Assembly: GCA_050177775.1 (NCBI GenBank)
Contig: JBFXGS010000001.1
Coordinates: forward strand, 1-56,335
Direction of reading: 5' to 3'
From: Bacilli bacterium
Lineage (GTDB): Bacteria > Bacillota_I > Bacilli_A > ML615J-28 > CAG-698
Length of the DNA: 56,335 nt
Shown piece by piece: positions 52,056-56,335 of this stretch. Every line of letters begins with the position of its first letter. Position 1 is the first letter of the stretch. The notes under the pieces were generated by a model that ran no database searches, was not told where the DNA came from, and saw nothing but the letters and a program-made list of their open reading frames with translations. Made by a program: the position numbers and the translations under genes.

Positions 52056-53534
52056 ATGAAAAAAATAGTTTTTCTCTTGCTTATATCAATCACAACGGTA
52101 ACTATGAGTTTTGTATCGGTTCATGGAGCTTATAATTATAGTCCCTTAGGCGAGGTCATTGCTTCCGCAGAAGCCTTGATTGCTACCAAAGTCATTGACT
52201 CATCTAATTTACGAACCGAAAATGATGAAAAAGCCAATGTGATTTTTGGAGCCTTGAGTGATATTTATTCGTATGATGGAAAAATTTATTTAGTTGATAA
52301 CTCCAACAATATCGTTCACATCTTAAATAGTGATTTTAAATACATAAAGAGTCTCGGTCAAGGCGTGTTGAAAAAACCGCAAGGAATATTTATTACTACA
52401 GATTACATATATATTGCCGATACGGATAATTTCCGAATCGCCATCTTTAATCATCAAGGGGAATATGTGAAAGAAATAACGGCACCCGATGATTCCACCT
52501 TCAAACAAAATCCTGATGATCAAACCGGATACGATTTTAAGCCGATTAAAGTTGCGGTTGATCGCACTGGCCGAGTTTATTCAATTGCTGATCAAATTTT
52601 TGAAGGAATTATTGATTTTAATCCCGATGGCAGCTTTTCTAGATATGTGGGAGCAAATTCGATTACTCTGTCTGTTTGGGATGCTTTTTGGCTCCAATTT
52701 ACTTCGGAAGAACAACGCCAAAACCAAGGGTATCGTTTAGCAACAACCTTTTTAAATTTAAACATTGATGACAAAGGATATTTATATACCTTATCGAGCG
52801 TTTCCGAAGGGTCCAAAGTTATCAAAAAATTAAATTATAAAGGCATTGATGTTTTAACAAGAAACGGGTATGTTCCCCAAGTTGGCGATGCCACTTTCTT
52901 AACAAATCAAAAGGGAATTCCCGAAGGACCGAGTCAATTAATTGACATTGATATCAGTGACAAAGGTTTTTATACAGTATTAGACAGTGTTCGCGGGCGC
53001 ATGTTTACCTATGATTTTGAAGGAAATCTTCTCTACATTGGTGGACAAATAGGGAACATTGGTGGTTCCACCAATAATCAAAGCACGCTCTTTATCAGTC
53101 CTAAAGCCCTTTGTTATCACCAAGACCAAATTATTGTCATTGATTCTTTAAACAAAAATTTGGTGGTCTTTGAGTATACTGAATTTGGAAGACTTGTTAA
53201 TGAAGCCACCAATCTATATCAATTGGGAAAGTATGATCAAGCCAAAACCGTTTGGGAACAAGTTTTAGTCTTAAACACCAATTATTATCTGGCTTATGCG
53301 GGAATCGGAAAAGCCCAACTGCGAGCCGGTGATTATCGACAAGCCATGAACAACTTAAAATTAGGTTATGACACCTATAATTATTCTCAAGCTTATCAAC
53401 AATATCGATATGATCAATTAACAAAAGTTTTCCCATTTATCATGGGATTTGCGATTATTGGCCTTTTTTATGGTTTTATGAAATCGATTAAGAAAGCGGT
53501 TGATAATGAAGTAAAGGAGGAAAAAGATGAATAG
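52056..53534 (+). CDS. Secreted NHL-repeat beta-propeller / TPR protein with a C-terminal TM anchor
   Basis: 492 aa. Signal peptide. NHL-like repeats (IYLVDNSNNIVHILN, IYIADTDNFRIAIFN, VYSIADQ, IIVIDSLNKNLVVFE). TPR-like YQLGKYDQAKTVWEQVL...GDYRQAMNNLK. TM helix near the C-terminus. Confidence 0.65.
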   Translation: MKKIVFLLLISITTVTMSFVSVHGAYNYSPLGEVIASAEALIATKVIDSSNLRTENDEKANVIFGALSDIYSYDGKIYLVDNSNNIVHILNSDFKYIKSLGQGVLKKPQGIFITTDYIYIADTDNFRIAIFNHQGEYVKEITAPDDSTFKQNPDDQTGYDFKPIKVAVDRTGRVYSIADQIFEGIIDFNPDGSFSRYVGANSITLSVWDAFWLQFTSEEQRQNQGYRLATTFLNLNIDDKGYLYTLSSVSEGSKVIKKLNYKGIDVLTRNGYVPQVGDATFLTNQKGIPEGPSQLIDIDISDKGFYTVLDSVRGRMFTYDFEGNLLYIGGQIGNIGGSTNNQSTLFISPKALCYHQDQIIVIDSLNKNLVVFEYTEFGRLVNEATNLYQLGKYDQAKTVWEQVLVLNTNYYLAYAGIGKAQLRAGDYRQAMNNLKLGYDTYNYSQAYQQYRYDQLTKVFPFIMGFAIIGLFYGFMKSIKKAVDNEVKEEKDE

Positions 53535-54216
53535 TGATATCAAAAAAAGTCGTTTTTTTCCTGGCATTAACTTTAAACAAGTTGTCAAGAACTTTATTCA
53601 TAATGCTTTTGGACATCCCCTTTATTTAATCACGCATCCCATCAAAGGGTTTGATGAGTTTAAACGTGAAAAAACTTCCAAAGGAGAAGTTGCCATTTTC
53701 TATCTTTTAATGATGATTATCACGCAAATTATAGCTTATAATAAAAATGGCTTTTTGATTAATCGCCAAAATCCCGATGATTTTAATTTGTTTTTAACGA
53801 TTGCCTTGGTGGTTTTTCCCGTTTTGATTGGTACCGTCGGTAACTGGTCCATAACGGTATTAATGGATGGAAAAGGAACAATGAAAGAAATCTTTCACGT
53901 CATTTGTTATGCTTTCTTTCCCTATGTTTGGTTAGGTTTATTATCAACATTAATAAGTAATTTTATTACGATAGATGAAGTGATCTTTTTTAATTTTTTC
54001 AGTGGATTGGGTGCTTTATTACTGGTGTACACTTTGTTTTTTGGGTTGATGGGAATTCATGAATATGGATTATTAAAAACCATTTTCATGATTTTGGCAA
54101 CCATTGTTGCCATTGCGGTTATTTTATTCATCATGCTACTCTTCTTATCCTTAATTCAACAAGTTTACTCGTACTTATCCTCGGTTTATCGTGAATTTGT
54201 GATGAGGTTCCTATGA
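53527..54216 (+). CDS. Yip1-domain multi-pass membrane protein
   Basis: 229 aa with 5 hydrophobic helices after a roughly 50-aa N-terminal segment (HPIKGFDEFKREK), typical of bacterial YIP1 family proteins in this type of cassette. Confidence 0.6.
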   Translation: MNSDIKKSRFFPGINFKQVVKNFIHNAFGHPLYLITHPIKGFDEFKREKTSKGEVAIFYLLMMIITQIIAYNKNGFLINRQNPDDFNLFLTIALVVFPVLIGTVGNWSITVLMDGKGTMKEIFHVICYAFFPYVWLGLLSTLISNFITIDEVIFFNFFSGLGALLLVYTLFFGLMGIHEYGLLKTIFMILATIVAIAVILFIMLLFLSLIQQVYSYLSSVYREFVMRFL

Positions 54217-56335
54217 TGGAAAAAGATACCATCGTCGCATACCGACCACAACCGTGGTATAAAAGATTATGGATTAATTTAAAAACGAGCATAAAAGATT
54301 ATATCCATAACTATCGCTTTCCTTGGAAAAAATTAATCATTGTTTTAGTATTAGCTTTAATCATTTTAACGGTTTATTTAGCGGTTATTTTTAACCAAAT
54401 TGTTGTCCCCATCAGAGCTGCTTATGATAAAACAACGTTTATAAAGGCGGATGATTACATCAGCGACCATGGCCAAGAAACTATCATCGAGAATAATCAC
54501 TTCCGTTTTACTTTAAACAACCAAACGACGCTTTTTAGTATCACCGATAAAGCGACGCAAGAAGTGTGGTCAAGTAATCCAAGCACGACCTCCAAACGCT
54601 TTTTAGAACCTCTAATTGTTTATTATGCCGGCTCATTGGGTGCGGCGGCATCGTTGGGGGCTTATGAAAAGGCAATAGAATTTGATGACTTCTATTTTCG
54701 AAAACAAGGAAATACTCTTGAAATTCTCTATGAAATTGGCGGCAAAAAAGATGTGGACCGCACGGACTTTCCGGAAATAATGACTGATGCACGGATGCAA
54801 GAAAAAATATTATCCCACCTTGAAGCGGGAAGCACGGCCTATCGCCGCGTTACGGAACAAATGTATACCCTTGGTGAACTGAAAGGTGAACAAGTTTGGA
54901 AATTAAAAGACGGGATAACGACTGTCCCTTTACGAAATCTATATAAAATCTTTTATGAAGATTGCGGGTACACAGCCGAAGATTTACAATTTGATTTGGA
55001 ATTAAGTGGCATTGTGTATGAAGACATTTATCCTTATATTGAAATTGCGATTCGTTACACATTGACCGATGAAGGCTTTACCGCCGAAATTATAAATGAA
55101 TCCATTTTCGAAAAAGAAAAATATCCTCTCGTTTATTTAGATTTATTGCCCTTTTTTGGTTGTGCAACAATCAATGATGTTGGTTATTCACTAATACCCG
55201 ATGGCAGTGGCGTCATCATTGATTTCAATAATAATCGTTCCTTTGCCATGCCGTACCAACAACGCGTTTATGGAAAAGAACTGGCCATCAACACAAGAAT
55301 AAAAGAAAATCCTTCCGAAAAAATCAACTTTCCCATTTTTGGGATGAAGCGAAATAAGCAAGGATTTATCGCAATTGGTGAAGATGGCGTTGAGATGGCT
55401 TCCATTTTGGGAAGAACCAGCACGGAAGATAATCCATATAACCAAACATATTATCGTTATCAATTTCGAGAAAGCGAAGTATTCACTTTTGCGGCCATCA
55501 ACAGTTCCACAAACATTGTGCAATGGACGGATTGGTATTCATTGGCAAACTTTAAAGTCAATTACCAATTTTTACATGAAGATGAGGCCAGCTATTCAGC
55601 CATGGCCAAGCAATATCGTCAATACTTACTTGCGAACGATATGATAAAAGAGGCGGATACAACTTCTTCAGTCATGATTGATTTAACTTTGCTGGGCGGG
55701 TATGTTGATTATGACAATTTTATTGGTATCCCTTATTCTGAGGTTCGAAGCCTGACGAGTGCCGACCAAGTTAAAATCATTATTGAAGAATTGATTAAAT
55801 TTGGAATTACCGATGTCCGAATCATCTATTCGGGGTGGGGAAATGATGGCATCAAACCGACCTTCATGGGTAAGATTAATTACAACCGTTTAGTTGGAAA
55901 GAAGAGCCAACTTGAAGCTTTAGCAAACCAATATGGTTCGATTGTCTATTTTGAAGCAAATGTTGCGAAAGTATTTACCGGAAAAGACTTTAATGAAAAA
56001 GATTTGGCGGTGCGCGATGTCTTTGGAAAAACGGTGGAGAATTATGCTTTCAACGAAGCAACGTTATATGTTGATCGGCAATCAATGGTGGAATACTTAT
56101 TAAAACCCACGACCTATTTAGAAACCCTTAATAATTTAGCTTCTTTTTACCAAAAACGTGGTTTTAAAAACCTCAGCTTAACGGATTTTGGATCTTATAT
56201 GTATGGTACTTATCAAAAGAAAGATACCATTTTACGGACAGAAACGTTAAATTTAATAAGTGAAGCCAGTGAAAAACTTTTAGAATTTGACAAAGTAATG
56301 TTACGAAACCCGAATGTTTTGGCGTTATCAAATGC
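54213..56335 (+). CDS. N-terminally membrane-anchored large protein, DUF5696-like (putative extracytoplasmic glycan-active enzyme), 3' end outside the window
   Basis: Frame 3 is open from ATG 54213 to the window end (at least 707 codons), confirmed by translating it manually (MMEKDTIVAYRPQPWYKRLW..., TM helix LIIVLVLALIILTVYLAVIF). Absent from the ORF track because it has no stop. ATGA-type overlap with the Yip1 gene stop. Confidence 0.7.
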   Translation, partial: MMEKDTIVAYRPQPWYKRLWINLKTSIKDYIHNYRFPWKKLIIVLVLALIILTVYLAVIFNQIVVPIRAAYDKTTFIKADDYISDHGQETIIENNHFRFTLNNQTTLFSITDKATQEVWSSNPSTTSKRFLEPLIVYYAGSLGAAASLGAYEKAIEFDDFYFRKQGNTLEILYEIGGKKDVDRTDFPEIMTDARMQEKILSHLEAGSTAYRRVTEQMYTLGELKGEQVWKLKDGITTVPLRNLYKIFYEDCGYTAEDLQFDLELSGIVYEDIYPYIEIAIRYTLTDEGFTAEIINESIFEKEKYPLVYLDLLPFFGCATINDVGYSLIPDGSGVIIDFNNNRSFAMPYQQRVYGKELAINTRIKENPSEKINFPIFGMKRNKQGFIAIGEDGVEMASILGRTSTEDNPYNQTYYRYQFRESEVFTFAAINSSTNIVQWTDWYSLANFKVNYQFLHEDEASYSAMAKQYRQYLLANDMIKEADTTSSVMIDLTLLGGYVDYDNFIGIPYSEVRSLTSADQVKIIIEELIKFGITDVRIIYSGWGNDGIKPTFMGKINYNRLVGKKSQLEALANQYGSIVYFEANVAKVFTGKDFNEKDLAVRDVFGKTVENYAFNEATLYVDRQSMVEYLLKPTTYLETLNNLASFYQKRGFKNLSLTDFGSYMYGTYQKKDTILRTETLNLISEASEKLLEFDKVMLRNPNVLALSN

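Noticed and set aside
54541-55644. ORFs 54541-54792(-), 54850-55062(-), 55191-55523(-) and 55375-55644(+)
   Set aside because: All lie inside the long open-ended plus-strand frame starting at 54213, which has a coherent protein-like translation and translational coupling to the Yip1 gene.
1-56335. Mycoplasma-type genetic code (TGA = Trp)
   Set aside because: TGA terminates many well-defined genes here, for example trmB, the YjjX-like gene, yccF and nanE, often in ATGA overlaps. Conserved Trp positions are TGG. The standard bacterial code applies.
21026-56335. Phage-defence, toxin-antitoxin or mobile-element content in the accessory region
   Set aside because: I looked for nuclease, helicase, methyltransferase, integrase and transposase signatures and for inverted terminal repeats. 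None were found. Every gene is transport, glycan-enzyme-like, surface or membrane protein, or an unknown co-oriented with them.

Overview
AT-rich, low-GC Firmicutes/Mollicutes-like chromosomal window using the standard genetic code: TGA serves as a stop, often in ATGA start/stop overlaps, and Trp is TGG. No rRNA, tRNA, CRISPR array, transposase, integrase or recognisable defence gene was seen.

Positions 1-20.8 kb are ordinary housekeeping. They hold a clpP 5' end, a Phe T-box leader with pheS and pheT, ispH, an aldose-epimerase-like gene, efp, coaX, a GNAT gene, uppP, a Cys-less EIIB-like protein, tkt, pepV, trmB, an M42 peptidase, a YjjX-like NTPase, DJ-1, a P-type ATPase with an unusual repeat insertion, yccF, ybaK and a membrane protein.

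Positions 21-56 kb are an accessory glycan-processing island in three units.
- (a) 21.0-32.8 kb: a divergent DUF4127 gene, then a cre-controlled operon. It encodes a lipoprotein SBP, DUF624, two CUT1 permeases, a small membrane protein, a TIM-barrel-like protein, an orphan 320-aa protein, a cytoplasmic GH84, NanE and a GNAT-GNAT-GntR/HutC fusion regulator.
- (b) 32.8-41.0 kb: a surface GHL10 enzyme, a second copy of the 320-aa orphan, DUF4127, a surface NAGPA-type phosphodiester glycosidase and a third DUF4127.
- (c) 41.0-56.3 kb: a 1793-aa lipoprotein with three tandem 555-bp repeats, then a DUF624 / CBM-SBP / two permeases / NHL-TPR / Yip1 / DUF5696-like cassette that runs off the window.

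The best candidate for an undescribed system is units a and b together. It combines three DUF4127 paralogues and two copies of an unassigned 320-aa protein at the window centre with a NAGPA-type phosphodiester glycosidase, GHL10, GH84 and NanE. I infer it scavenges phosphodiester-linked HexNAc glycopolymers. All family assignments come from motif recognition by eye and need HMM or structure confirmation.
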